Source: a virus. From it: 64,000 bases of DNA. The stretch covers positions 1 to 64,000 of IMG/VR virus record IMGVR_UViG_3300023178_000017. One strand, 5' to 3'. The notes under the pieces were generated by a model. It saw only the letters and a program-made list of their open reading frames with translations. It did not search any database and had not been told where the DNA came from. This document shows, one piece after another, positions 28,848-39,276 of this stretch (position 1 is the stretch's first letter; every line of letters begins with the position of its first letter). A program made the position numbers and the translations under genes.

Positions 28848-29345
28848 TTAAACGACTCTTTCCCAGTGTGAGTATTGGAATTCAACATCAAATGTCTCCA
28901 ATGCATCGACTGTTTCGTAAGATAGGTCAATCGCACCAATATTGGTTGGGAACATGTTGAAGAATTCGTATCTTGCTAACACTGAATCGTCTTTGTTAAG
29001 TTGTTCGACAAATGCTCTGTCTACGAGGTAATCTAATGATGTGATACCTTCACCAGAATCTAAAGCTTGAATGTCTTGTTGCCAATTTTCAATAGCTGTT
29101 CTTGATGAAAACTCAATATCATTAATAATTGTAACAGTCCAAGGTTCGAATGTTCTATCTCCTGCGAGTTTAAGAACATGTCCTCTGAACTGTTGTTCAA
29201 CTACACCTACTGTAGCAGCTGGGATTTGTGCAGCCTGACATAAGAATTCAATCTTATTGCCAGATCGTGGTATAAAAACTCTGAATCGGTTAGCTCTTGG
29301 CCCACCGCCGAGTAATTGTGCTTTAAATTGATCTATAGTTGCCAT
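28848..29345 (-). CDS. gp19: Tail tube protein
   Basis: GGGPRANRF, LAGDRTFEPWTVTIIND, FPTNIGAIDLSY. Confidence 0.95.
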   Translation of the reverse strand: MATIDQFKAQLLGGGPRANRFRVFIPRSGNKIEFLCQAAQIPAATVGVVEQQFRGHVLKLAGDRTFEPWTVTIINDIEFSSRTAIENWQQDIQALDSGEGITSLDYLVDRAFVEQLNKDDSVLARYEFFNMFPTNIGAIDLSYETVDALETFDVEFQYSHWERVV

Positions 29346-29356
29346 TCTTTACTCCC

Positions 29357-31360
29357 TTAAACTGCTCCGTATATTTCTTCGAACTCTACGCCACTTCTTG
29401 CAGCTACAAAGTTCAAGGTTATATAGTTGATTGACTTAGCAGGTTTCACAAAGATTGAACAAACAAATTCGTTTCTATCAATCACTGTGTCTGTGTTATT
29501 TGTTTCGTCACAAAGAACTGAGAAGTCTACTAAACCTCTTCTATTTTTAACGTCTCTTAAGAAAGGTTCTACCGCAGCTCTAAATTGTGCTCTTGTGAAT
29601 GCATCGTTGAATTCAAAGAGTTGTGCTTTAGCAGCTGTTGCTATTGCTTTCTCTAATACTATGAACAATCTTCTAACGTTAATTCTGTCAAAGGCGCTTG
29701 GTACTGATAGTGCTGTTTTGTCACCGAATAGTACTGTACCTTGTCCAGCAAATGTTACGATTGGGTTGATTCTGTTTCTATACAGATCGTCTCTTGAGGA
29801 TTGTGAAGGATTGAAAGCAAGTTTTGAAATACCAAGATACTGACCTCTATTAAATCCTGCTGGTGAGAACCATGGATCTTGTAGTAAATCTGATCTTGAC
29901 ATAACTCCTGCTGTGTGTCCACAACCTGGTACCCATACGTACTTGTCGTTAAATCTGTCATATTGATATACCCATCCTGAGTCTATAACTGCATATGATG
30001 ATGAAGTAATGCCTGCAAAGTCAGCAATAACGTTTGTTGCTTGAGTTGACTCTGAAGATACTCCAACTACAGATGCTCTATCTGGTGAACAAACTACTAA
30101 ACAATCTTTTCTTAATTCAGCAATGTTGATCGCTTCGTTAATTAAAGAATTTGAATGTACTTGAGCTGCCCCACCGTCAATGTGCATAGCTGCGCTTTCA
30201 TATACTCTGTTTGAACCTACGATTAGGAAAGAGATATCTACTGTTTCTGCATCAGCAAAGTGTGTGTTCCATGCTGAGGTTTTTTCTGCTACTGAGTTGT
30301 AATTACCGTCTGCACCACCTGATAGTGATGAATTCTCTGGTAATGCTGGTCTTAAGAAAGCAGTACCTACTGCTGTTGCAAGTGTTCTGTGTTCACTAGC
30401 TGTTGTCAACATTGCTGTTGAGTGACCTGACCAGTATATGTAATTTGAGTCTCTTGCTATTACGTCTCTGTAATAGTTTGATGAACCTTGTGAATCTTTA
30501 GCGTCTGAGGCTAACGATACAAATCCAAAGGTTTCTAAAACTTCGTTTTTAGTTCCAGATATTACGCCATCTTCGTCTACGACTACTACGTGAATTTCAT
30601 CGTTAGATGCACCTACTAGAGCAGCTGATGCTGAACTTCCTGGTGCTTTGTCGAATAGGTTATAAAATTCCCAATATCTGTCAATATTTGTGTTGTCCAA
30701 AACGTCTTCTACCAAACCTGTACCTGATGGTTTGTTTATTGCTTCGATTGAAAGATCATTAATCGCAATAGCTGTCACTCTGTATAATTGTGAATGACTT
30801 GCAAATTTAATGATATCTCTAACTAAGAACGCTGAACCATCGTCAACTGCGATTGTTGAATCGCCTTTTGAATAGTTCAATGCGTTGTCTACAGCTGAGA
30901 CTGCATCATTAAAATAAGCATTGCTAGATGCACATACTGAAACTTTAATTGAGTTTCCTAATGCACCTGCGTATTTTGAGATCCATTTTCCGACTGTTGC
31001 TGATGATGAGCCGCTTTCAAATGAACCTTCATAATCACTTTCGTTCTTTAGAAGTGTTGCTGAGTTTCCTGCTTGGTTTGCACTAAAGAGACCAGAATTA
31101 TTAATTCTAACCACTCTAAGAGCAGAACCGTATCGCAAAAATGAGTCTGCTGAGTAAAAATCTTCAGCCCCAGCGTCTGAGTCTGCTGGTTTGTAGAACT
31201 CATCAACTAACTGTTGTCCGCTTGAAACTGTCTTTACCTCATCAACAGGGCCCCATTGAAAAACACCAGCGAATGCACCTACTGTAGAAGATACTGCTGG
31301 AACAACATTCGAAAGGTCAACTTCTCTGACCTGTACGCCTGGTGATACTTGAAATGCCAT
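29357..31360 (-). CDS. gp18: Tail sheath protein
   Basis: SPGVQVREVDL, FQWGPVDE, PWFSPAG, FDRINVRRLF, FEFNDAFTR. Confidence 0.97.
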   Translation of the reverse strand: MAFQVSPGVQVREVDLSNVVPAVSSTVGAFAGVFQWGPVDEVKTVSSGQQLVDEFYKPADSDAGAEDFYSADSFLRYGSALRVVRINNSGLFSANQAGNSATLLKNESDYEGSFESGSSSATVGKWISKYAGALGNSIKVSVCASSNAYFNDAVSAVDNALNYSKGDSTIAVDDGSAFLVRDIIKFASHSQLYRVTAIAINDLSIEAINKPSGTGLVEDVLDNTNIDRYWEFYNLFDKAPGSSASAALVGASNDEIHVVVVDEDGVISGTKNEVLETFGFVSLASDAKDSQGSSNYYRDVIARDSNYIYWSGHSTAMLTTASEHRTLATAVGTAFLRPALPENSSLSGGADGNYNSVAEKTSAWNTHFADAETVDISFLIVGSNRVYESAAMHIDGGAAQVHSNSLINEAINIAELRKDCLVVCSPDRASVVGVSSESTQATNVIADFAGITSSSYAVIDSGWVYQYDRFNDKYVWVPGCGHTAGVMSRSDLLQDPWFSPAGFNRGQYLGISKLAFNPSQSSRDDLYRNRINPIVTFAGQGTVLFGDKTALSVPSAFDRINVRRLFIVLEKAIATAAKAQLFEFNDAFTRAQFRAAVEPFLRDVKNRRGLVDFSVLCDETNNTDTVIDRNEFVCSIFVKPAKSINYITLNFVAARSGVEFEEIYGAV

Positions 31361-31418
31361 ACTTTTCTCCTGTTAATGTAAAAAGTTGTTTACACTTTTA
31401 TTTATATTATTATGTACT

Positions 31419-32999
31419 CTAAGACTGCTCTAAAAACCATCTATCGCCATTTGAGTCAACAAAAGTATCATTTTCTTCTTGACCAAATACGCCTGGTGGC
31501 AAGATATCATCTTCAATTAACTTCTGCTGTTCAGCATACAGTAAGTTTTTTACCGCATGATCAGTTAAATGGAAGAAGTAGTCGGTTGTAATAAACCAAC
31601 TAAAAAGAACTAAATTCATGACCATGTCGTCATGATATCCTCTATCTGCTTCGAATGATGAACCCTTGTTAACAAAGGTCATTAACTCCGTGATTGTAGC
31701 ACGGTCTACGAGTAATAGTTTATTTTCCTCTAATAATTCTTTCATGGTAGAACAACCAACCCTTTTGATTCTTCTACTCATTGTTATCCCTATGTCATCT
31801 GCTTTAGTCTGTCCTTGAACAAATACGTTTGGGTATTCTATATCATAATGTAACTGTTTTGCTACCATGCCACCTTCGGCATTGTTCTCAATAATAACTA
31901 ATGCATCATTATAGGGTCTGCAATACTTATTTATAAAATCTGGGTAGAGCATAGGACTTATAGTATTATCTCTATAAGTACACACTTGTTTAAATGGTTT
32001 AGATGTAACATCGAAGATACTAAATGTAGAGAAGTCAATACCTCTTCCTTGAGATACATCAACGGTACAAACATATACGTGGTCCTTAATAGGTTTTTCG
32101 TAGACGTTAACACCATCTCTATTCCAATCTGGATCAACTGCTCTCATACCTAATAAAGTATTACTATTGATCAGTGTGTTACCTGTACCTAAGAAACTAT
32201 TACCATACTCTTGTTCAAACTGTGCTTCTGAGGTGTTTGCAATGGTTTCTTTCTTCCATTCTTCATCTCTGCCAGGCACATCATACCAGTTGATTGTGAA
32301 TGGTTTATACTCAGATTGTTCATGTATTGCAGATTCGTATATCTTATGGAACATATTACCCACACCATTTGCAGTTGATGTAATGATAACTTTAGAGTCT
32401 TTACCTGAGGTAACTACAGGATATGTAGCAGTATAGAATGTCTCTGCATCTTCTACGAATGCAAACTCATCGAGGTATAACATGTTAATTGACATACCAC
32501 GAATAGATGATGAAGATGTTGCAGCTGCCACGATCTTGGAATCGTTACCAAATTCTATATTACCCTTGTTAAGTATCTTTACACCTGGTTGGAGAAAGAA
32601 TGGAACAGTCTCCAACATGGTTACGATACGTGCTATCATCTCCCTTGCAATTGCACCTTTGTTCGCTAGGATCGCAACCGTGACTTCGGGAGTGAACAGT
32701 AGATACCATAGTAGATATGCACAAGAAGTAATAGATTTACCTGACTGTCTAGCAGCTAGAACTACACTAAAACGACTATCTTTGAAATGATTAATTAACT
32801 TTTCTTGGTAACCACGAAGATTAAATGGTACAAGACCTTCATCTAGTGATATAATTTGTGTATAGTTTTGAATAAAATGACAAGGGTCAGTAGAACACTT
32901 CATGTATTCTTTCAACTCTTCTTCGGTATATTGGTGTTCTACTCCTGCACGTTTGACAAGATTATTACCAAGATAACCTTCGTTTTTTGCCTTAACCAT
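31419..32999 (-). CDS. gp17: Terminase large subunit
   Basis: ARQSGKS, LDEFAFV, ITSTANG, RNase H-like DVSQGRG.D and HDDMVM. Confidence 0.97.
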   Translation of the reverse strand: MVKAKNEGYLGNNLVKRAGVEHQYTEEELKEYMKCSTDPCHFIQNYTQIISLDEGLVPFNLRGYQEKLINHFKDSRFSVVLAARQSGKSITSCAYLLWYLLFTPEVTVAILANKGAIAREMIARIVTMLETVPFFLQPGVKILNKGNIEFGNDSKIVAAATSSSSIRGMSINMLYLDEFAFVEDAETFYTATYPVVTSGKDSKVIITSTANGVGNMFHKIYESAIHEQSEYKPFTINWYDVPGRDEEWKKETIANTSEAQFEQEYGNSFLGTGNTLINSNTLLGMRAVDPDWNRDGVNVYEKPIKDHVYVCTVDVSQGRGIDFSTFSIFDVTSKPFKQVCTYRDNTISPMLYPDFINKYCRPYNDALVIIENNAEGGMVAKQLHYDIEYPNVFVQGQTKADDIGITMSRRIKRVGCSTMKELLEENKLLLVDRATITELMTFVNKGSSFEADRGYHDDMVMNLVLFSWFITTDYFFHLTDHAVKNLLYAEQQKLIEDDILPPGVFGQEENDTFVDSNGDRWFLEQS

Positions 33000-33397
33000 T
33001 AATCTTTATTCTTTTTTAAAAACTTTTGCAACTCAGACGTTGACCCAACATACAAGTGATTGTGTTGTGTTCCTATCTTTTGTGTTTCTTCGTCTTCTAG
33101 TTTCTTTAACTTGCTTTGTAGGTCTATAAGTTTTTCTGCTGTTTCACCCACTGTTTTAATAAGTTGACCTGCAACTTCATAGGCCCGTGGATGTTCTGTC
33201 TCTTTGGATAGTTCTAAGATGCCATCGATTGCATCTTGTCCTCGTTCTACGAGATTATAGAGATTCTCTCTAGCGTATCGGTAGTCTGTTTCAATGTTGT
33301 CTGTTCTATCAGGCAACTTCTTAACAACCTCAGCTGTTTGAGTTTTAATTTCTGATTCGATATCCAAGATATCGTTTAATTTTTCGTCTGTGTTCAT
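32999..33397 (-). CDS. gp16: Terminase small subunit
   Basis: DYRYARENL...HPRAYEVAGQLIK...LYVGSTSELQK. Confidence 0.92.
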   Translation of the reverse strand: MNTDEKLNDILDIESEIKTQTAEVVKKLPDRTDNIETDYRYARENLYNLVERGQDAIDGILELSKETEHPRAYEVAGQLIKTVGETAEKLIDLQSKLKKLEDEETQKIGTQHNHLYVGSTSELQKFLKKNKD

Positions 33398-33411
33398 ACT
33401 ATATTTGACTA

Positions 33412-34458
33412 TTATGTAGAGTCTGTTGTAACTGTATCGGCATAATCGATGTTTGTACCATCGTCATAGAACGTTACAGTTTCAGCAACTACAAAGGTGT
33501 CACCTGGTTCTACAGAACCTACAAACATAATAGTTTTAGGTTCATCTAAAGTTATTGCAGCTGATAAAACTATTGATAATCTATCTTCTGCAATACTACT
33601 AATCGTTGGATTAGGTGTGTTACCTGTATAAAAAACTTCGTCTTCTACATTTATCTTACTATTTATTGCAGTATCAAAAGTCACTGTTGTAGAATTAGAT
33701 ACGACATTTGCAACAGCTGAAAATGCAGGTTCATAGTGTTTGACTTCTTTAACTAGACCAGAACTATTGATTTGAGATGTTGTAAACTGTCCAGATCCGT
33801 CTGATATAAAGTCTCTTTCGATAACATTAGTAATGATATCACCTGTGTAAACTGGTCCAAAGAAGTATAACTTCATTGTAAACCCTAATGTATATTCTAT
33901 AACTCTTCTACTTTCAAAGTCTGCCTCGTAATCGTCTGTCATAGACACACTGTTTAAAACAATAGGCACGTCTCTGACCTCAGACATATCATCTATCATC
34001 TTCATTGTTACTGTATATTCAGGTTGAAAATATGGTAATATTTGTTCTACAATCTGCAATGCATCGTTTTGATTTTTAGCTAGTACTGATAACTCAAACT
34101 CTATATCATATGGTGCTGGTGAATACTGAAATTTTCTATCGGTGTTGTTTGTCTCTATTGTTGCTTTCTTTGTTCTTATTAACTTGTTCTGTTGTCTATT
34201 TGCATCGTAGTTAAATGCTGAAATTTGGAATGCCATTCTTGGCAAACTAATAGCACTTCTATTGTTATCTGTTAGATCAGGCTCTTCTGCTAGTCTGTTT
34301 ATAAATTTTTGAGCAGGACCATATGAGATTGGCACTAATGTTCGAGATAGTACTGTACCATCTGATTTTGTTTTTTTGATATAGATATTATTGAACAAGG
34401 TACCAAATATTGATACCGATCTCTTAATAGTTTCGTTATAAAAATAAGTACCGAACAT
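33412..34458 (-). CDS. gp15: Tail sheath stabiliser / terminator
   Basis: YFYNETIKR...FGTLFN, VPISYGP, LPRMAF, QIVEQILPYFQP. Confidence 0.93.
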   Translation of the reverse strand: MFGTYFYNETIKRSVSIFGTLFNNIYIKKTKSDGTVLSRTLVPISYGPAQKFINRLAEEPDLTDNNRSAISLPRMAFQISAFNYDANRQQNKLIRTKKATIETNNTDRKFQYSPAPYDIEFELSVLAKNQNDALQIVEQILPYFQPEYTVTMKMIDDMSEVRDVPIVLNSVSMTDDYEADFESRRVIEYTLGFTMKLYFFGPVYTGDIITNVIERDFISDGSGQFTTSQINSSGLVKEVKHYEPAFSAVANVVSNSTTVTFDTAINSKINVEDEVFYTGNTPNPTISSIAEDRLSIVLSAAITLDEPKTIMFVGSVEPGDTFVVAETVTFYDDGTNIDYADTVTTDST

Positions 34459-35312
34459 TATGGTTCACCAAATGGATTAGTTTCACTGAAGTCTAAGTAT
34501 GAAGACTCAGCATCTTCAAATTCTTTATTGTCTGCCTGAGGATCGTTAGACATAGTCATAACGTCATCAACCGATGAGACTGTAAATGAGGCTGATGAAA
34601 CAGCACCTAGTAATACATCACCAGTCTCTAGTGTTGTTGTATTATCTTTAAGTCTGAGTAATCTTGTATCTGCTCTCCATAGAACAACTTCACCCACAAC
34701 TGTACCATTTAGTGTGACATCTTCATTGACTGCAAACGTTCCTGTACCACCAGCATCCATTGTTAGATCAATGCTGTATGCTTGTTCGTCTTCTATCTGA
34801 TCTATGCCTGAGATATCTGTATCAAAATCTTCACCACTATATTCAAACAATTCACATCTAAGTTTAAATACAAATAGTTTACCAACTTGATAGAAAGGGT
34901 CTTCGTGTTCTACAAATTTGATTTCAAACATTGAACCTGATAAAGGAAAATATATCAGATCGCCTTCGTTAGGTCTTAGTGATGTTGCAAGGTTTGTATC
35001 TAAAGAAATGAATCTTTCCCATGACCTCAGAGAAATGACAAAGGTCGCTTGATCTCTAACTTGAATACCAAACTTAGACATGAGATCGCCTTCGCCTTCA
35101 AAACCATCAGTGTTTTCGATATACATCTCAACACTGTATGCATCACCAAAAGTGGACTGAACATCTTCATTAAAGATTGTGTCTTCTTCTACAATTTCTC
35201 TTGGTAAATAAAATGTTTCATGACCATACATACGTAGAGCTTCGACAACGATATCTTCATAAAGATGTTGCTCAGTGTTAACTGCATGATTAAAAAACAC
35301 ATTTGTTGGCAT
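34458..35312 (-). CDS. gp14: Neck protein
   Basis: YLPRE, FEGEGDLMSKFG, RPNEGDLIYFP, FEIKFVEHE.PFYQ. Confidence 0.93.
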   Translation of the reverse strand: MPTNVFFNHAVNTEQHLYEDIVVEALRMYGHETFYLPREIVEEDTIFNEDVQSTFGDAYSVEMYIENTDGFEGEGDLMSKFGIQVRDQATFVISLRSWERFISLDTNLATSLRPNEGDLIYFPLSGSMFEIKFVEHEDPFYQVGKLFVFKLRCELFEYSGEDFDTDISGIDQIEDEQAYSIDLTMDAGGTGTFAVNEDVTLNGTVVGEVVLWRADTRLLRLKDNTTTLETGDVLLGAVSSASFTVSSVDDVMTMSNDPQADNKEFEDAESSYLDFSETNPFGEP

Positions 35313-35314
35313 AA

Positions 35315-36130
35315 TTAACCTATCATATCAAGTACTGGCATTTCGTGGTTCAGTCTTGATTCTTCTTCTAATCTTCGAATTTCTTCCTGTGCTTCTGATT
35401 TCATTTGAGAAGCATCTAATTGTACACCACCTGGCAATGCAATACCTGTAAACTTGGATAAATTTTCACCCCATTGATACTTGACTAATGCTGTGGCATA
35501 TTTCTTTAACCACATATCATCGTATACATCTGTAAATGTAGTTGGGTCTAACTTTCTATAACACTCAATGATAATGTATTCATTGGCGCTAATACTATCG
35601 ACATCCATATCTAGGTACAATCTGTTCATATGTTGATTGTATCTAATTGGTTGTCTGCCAACTAACACTCTATCTAACAACTGAATGTGTTGTTGTACTT
35701 GTGTGTAGTATAAGATATTTGTTGAAGTTAAATCCCAAAGATCATTCAATCTTAATTGATATCTAAGATCAAACATATTGAGGTTGTTTTTGTCGTGGAA
35801 TGGAAAGATGTTCATTACTGCTGTAACAAACTCAGGCAATACGATATAGTTTTGTTGAAGTTCAAATGCTTCATCATCGTATGCATGTGTACCAGCTGCA
35901 CTCTCAGTTAAAGACTCATTCGTCTTCATAGTAGTTTTTTTGGCACTGGTTATCTTGTGCTTTAGATACACCTTCATCGAGCCATCGTAATGGTACTGAT
36001 AAAAGTACTGTAGCGCTTCGTCTACTCTATCATCTAATTGATCTTCATCAACGTTGATTTCAAGAACAGGCGCACCAAGTTTTCTTTTGATGTATTCTTT
36101 TAATTCGTCTTTGGTTGTTGGTTTTGCCAT
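35315..36130 (-). CDS. gp13: Neck protein
   Basis: LGAPVLEINVDEDQ, YHYDG, WLKKYATALVKYQWGENLSKF. Confidence 0.93.
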   Translation of the reverse strand: MAKPTTKDELKEYIKRKLGAPVLEINVDEDQLDDRVDEALQYFYQYHYDGSMKVYLKHKITSAKKTTMKTNESLTESAAGTHAYDDEAFELQQNYIVLPEFVTAVMNIFPFHDKNNLNMFDLRYQLRLNDLWDLTSTNILYYTQVQQHIQLLDRVLVGRQPIRYNQHMNRLYLDMDVDSISANEYIIIECYRKLDPTTFTDVYDDMWLKKYATALVKYQWGENLSKFTGIALPGGVQLDASQMKSEAQEEIRRLEEESRLNHEMPVLDMIG

Positions 36131-36169
36131 AAGTAGTATTCCTGTCTGCTACTACTATTTATGCAAATT

Positions 36170-36430
36170 CTAATCTTGGAAATATGTTTTAGTTTGGAGT
36201 CTATCAAGTTTTTCGTCAATTCTCTCCATAGTTTCGATGATACGACCTAAATCTTTGTCTAGTTCAGTTCTGGTGACATATTCTTTTGCTACTTCTTCAC
36301 GTGTCTTATTGATTAAAATATCTAATCTTTTTTGTTCGGACAATATGTTACGTACTAGCAAACCTATCGGTGCTAATATAAACGTAAGAAGTACATTCCA
36401 TATGATGTGAGCGTCTATAACTATTTCCAT
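36170..36430 (-). CDS. Small membrane / coiled-coil protein
   Basis: N-terminal TM, KEYVTR motif; late promoter at 36437-36444. Confidence 0.7.
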   Translation of the reverse strand: MEIVIDAHIIWNVLLTFILAPIGLLVRNILSEQKRLDILINKTREEVAKEYVTRTELDKDLGRIIETMERIDEKLDRLQTKTYFQD

Positions 36431-36439
36431 ATAATCTAT

Positions 36440-37135
36440 TTATAGGATCAAGTTGCCGCTTTCGTCTATATCATACTCAAAATTTGAATCATTCCAACCA
36501 ATTCGTGAATTTTTATCATCCATGCAATTGACATCTAAATTAAAAGATATACTGTATCGATCTTTGTTTGTTAGATTGGGTTCGACCATATGCATTAACC
36601 CACTAGGAAAAATGTATAAGTGACCTGTCTTAGGTTGTATCTGATAAGATTCAATCATTCTATTGTTGCCAGGAAATGCTCCTGCAACTTTATGATTTGT
36701 ATCTATGAAAGTTAAATCGCCTTCGTCACCATCAGCATGTATATAAAATACACCTGAATAGAAACAACCATTGTGTAAGTGAGGTCTGTTCCATGCACCA
36801 TTGTCATTAATGTTAGCCCATGAGTTATGCATATCAACACGGTGTGCATCTTTGTTTAATCCCATGAAAGGTAATAACTCGTCTCTGACTAAACGTTTAA
36901 TTGATCTTATACATTTAATAAAAGTTGGATGTTGATCGCAACCATCATTTGATTGCCAACCTGTATATGCATTTGATATCTTTCGACCAACAGGATCTTT
37001 CTTTCGCATACCATCAATCTCTCTTTTTAAGAGATCAAAGTATTCTGCATTCATCAATGTAGGTTCTTTATCTGCATCTTTGCCTAAAAAATCTCTATGA
37101 AAAACAAATGCAGGAAATAATAATTTTACACTCAT
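36440..37135 (-). CDS. Putative 2OG-Fe(II) oxygenase (TIGR02466-like)
   Basis: GWQS, SWANIN..GAWNRPHLH...SGVFY, FPSGLMHMVEPN...RYSISFN. Confidence 0.85.
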   Translation of the reverse strand: MSVKLLFPAFVFHRDFLGKDADKEPTLMNAEYFDLLKREIDGMRKKDPVGRKISNAYTGWQSNDGCDQHPTFIKCIRSIKRLVRDELLPFMGLNKDAHRVDMHNSWANINDNGAWNRPHLHNGCFYSGVFYIHADGDEGDLTFIDTNHKVAGAFPGNNRMIESYQIQPKTGHLYIFPSGLMHMVEPNLTNKDRYSISFNLDVNCMDDKNSRIGWNDSNFEYDIDESGNLIL

Positions 37136-37980
37136 TCTTCTACCTCATTATGAAAAGGACATTCAGGTGGTGGTTCATCTTCTTTGAAGTATTTACCTTT
37201 TTCTTGCCAATAACCTTCGTTTCTATATGGCCCAAGTTTAGTTCCCCTTAGTCTTGATTCATCGGAGTATTCTCTTCTACCTTGTTCATCCATAGACATC
37301 ATTTCTGCATGTGAAGTTACTGAACTTCTGTTGTCCTGAAATTCTCTAGGACTACGTAATGTATACGTAGAATTCCATTCTTCTCTTTTAAAAGGAATAA
37401 CCTGACACAATGGTGTGCCTTTTTTTATAGTAAATGAATGATTAACTCTAGGATAAAAAATTATTTGTGAATTATCTTGGCTCACATTGAACTTATCTGT
37501 ATCGATAATTCCTTGCCATGTAGCAAAGTATCTATTTTGAAATAAGAAAGGGTCTAAGTAAAGACATGAATAACCCTCTGGTGTTATAATGTTCCATGGG
37601 TTTCTCATTTTAAATGCATCTTTGACAGGACCATCATCGCCAAAATAATCGAAAGCATTTTCAAATTGTTCTTTGGGGTGTGTAGGTGAAGCGTAATGTT
37701 CTCCTGAAGGATCGAAAGTTCTAACGTCTGTTGTACTTACACCGTCTTTTGCATTGTTACCTACGATAACTTCCATGTCTCTGTTTGCAAGTAGGTACCA
37801 ACCACTCTTTAACCAATCATCCATAGCAGGACATGCTCTGATAGTTTGAGTATTAACACCACGTACTACTGCATTTACTTTAATTCTTTTCCACCAATCT
37901 GGATGCCATTTCTTTGCAAGAACTGGTTTAAAGTCTCTGAGAGTCTTCTCGTTATATGTAATAAAGTCTATCGTTGGCAT
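37132..37980 (-). CDS. Conserved hypothetical protein (DUF6065-like, possible dUTPase-like fold)
   Basis: TIRACPAMDD..SGW, NPWNIITPEGYS, GIIDTD, IKKGTPLCQVIPFKRE; C-terminal CPFH. Confidence 0.55.
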   Translation of the reverse strand: MPTIDFITYNEKTLRDFKPVLAKKWHPDWWKRIKVNAVVRGVNTQTIRACPAMDDWLKSGWYLLANRDMEVIVGNNAKDGVSTTDVRTFDPSGEHYASPTHPKEQFENAFDYFGDDGPVKDAFKMRNPWNIITPEGYSCLYLDPFLFQNRYFATWQGIIDTDKFNVSQDNSQIIFYPRVNHSFTIKKGTPLCQVIPFKREEWNSTYTLRSPREFQDNRSSVTSHAEMMSMDEQGRREYSDESRLRGTKLGPYRNEGYWQEKGKYFKEDEPPPECPFHNEVEE

Positions 37981-38689
37981 TATAAAACTCTTCGCTAACT
38001 CCTATCTCTACTTCATCGCCTCTTAAAACAATTGATCTTCTATCCATGTATCTAGCAGTTTCATTTGGTGCATCTGCACCGTGTGGTATTCTGCCGTCAA
38101 ACATTACTAATCTATTTGGTACAAACTCCACTTCAGCGATTTGGTGGTTTTTAATATGTTCGTTTCTACCTTCTAAACCCTGTTGAGGTTCATCATATAA
38201 TCTTAATGTGCCACCCCATTCGGGATTCCAATATGTATTGTAATAGTATAAGAAAGATAAATTCCATGAATCATTAGTATCACAATCTGCATGAGTTGTT
38301 CCATGACAACCCATTGTCTGTGAGTTTAAACCCATGTACTGAAATCTTTTCCATTTGAAACCGAAATCTGTACATATTCTTCTATTTAGATAGTGAGCAG
38401 GATAAGAATCTTTCTTATCAATATCTCCTTCAACATTGTGAAATCCGAAATCTTTATTGTCCCGATCAGCCTTGAAGAAACTTGCACCCCAAAAACTATG
38501 GTGAGGTAATCCTGTTGGGCTTTCGCTACCCACTTGATTTGTTTTAGACCAAATATTACTGCTTGTAAATCTTTGATTAATCCAATGCCATATAGAAGTC
38601 TCTAAGTAATTATCAATTATGTAGACTTTATCTAAAGGTAATGATTGAATATGAAAAGGAGAATCAACCTTTTCTACAAGCAGGCTCAT
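37952..38689 (-). CDS. 2OG-Fe(II) oxygenase, prolyl hydroxylase-like
   Basis: HAD, FLYYYN..W.PEWGG, PNRLVMFDGRIPH, R near the end. Confidence 0.85.
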   Translation of the reverse strand: MSLLVEKVDSPFHIQSLPLDKVYIIDNYLETSIWHWINQRFTSSNIWSKTNQVGSESPTGLPHHSFWGASFFKADRDNKDFGFHNVEGDIDKKDSYPAHYLNRRICTDFGFKWKRFQYMGLNSQTMGCHGTTHADCDTNDSWNLSFLYYYNTYWNPEWGGTLRLYDEPQQGLEGRNEHIKNHQIAEVEFVPNRLVMFDGRIPHGADAPNETARYMDRRSIVLRGDEVEIGVSEEFYNANDRLYYI

Positions 38690-38690
38690 T

Positions 38691-39260
38691 TTATGCTATT
38701 AATGACTTTTGAGGTGATGGAAAATTATTTGAATAATACTCAAAGTCTTGTAGTGTGTCTTCTCTTGTTTCGCCTATTTCATTACATACATTAACGTATA
38801 CATTCCATATAACGTCTGAATATTCCATAACTCTTCTTGCATCTGATCTTAAAGGGTGATTTGAGCCCTCTCTTCCTGCTATAGTTACTTCTAGTAAATC
38901 ACGGAAACCATATGCTTGTACTTGATCATCGATATAGTTTTGAGCCATATCAGATAGTTTGTTTGCATACTGATTGTTTAATGAAACACCAGCAGGTGGT
39001 TCAGACTGATTGATATATTCTTCGATAGCATCTATTTCATCTGAGTTTAGATTTATTTTGACCTGATCGTTAAAACATTTATCTTCTTCCCATTTCTCAA
39101 TTTTAACTTCGATGTCATCGTACACCAATACATCATATTCAAAACCAAGATTTGGTCTATCTGTGTTTTCGAAAGAGTATTCTAATCCATTTGGTTTTCT
39201 AATGATTAGATTACTGTTTTCATCATAAATTAACATATTCATAATTACCTCATTATACAC
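38691..39260 (-). CDS. Tail fibre assembly chaperone-like protein
   Basis: Q.YID..VQAYGF...F/L..DA....YSD.IW resembles fibre assembly proteins; position after the fibre genes. Confidence 0.45.
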   Translation of the reverse strand: MYNEVIMNMLIYDENSNLIIRKPNGLEYSFENTDRPNLGFEYDVLVYDDIEVKIEKWEEDKCFNDQVKINLNSDEIDAIEEYINQSEPPAGVSLNNQYANKLSDMAQNYIDDQVQAYGFRDLLEVTIAGREGSNHPLRSDARRVMEYSDVIWNVYVNVCNEIGETREDTLQDFEYYSNNFPSPQKSLIA

Positions 39261-39276
39261 TTGTGTGTGTTAAATT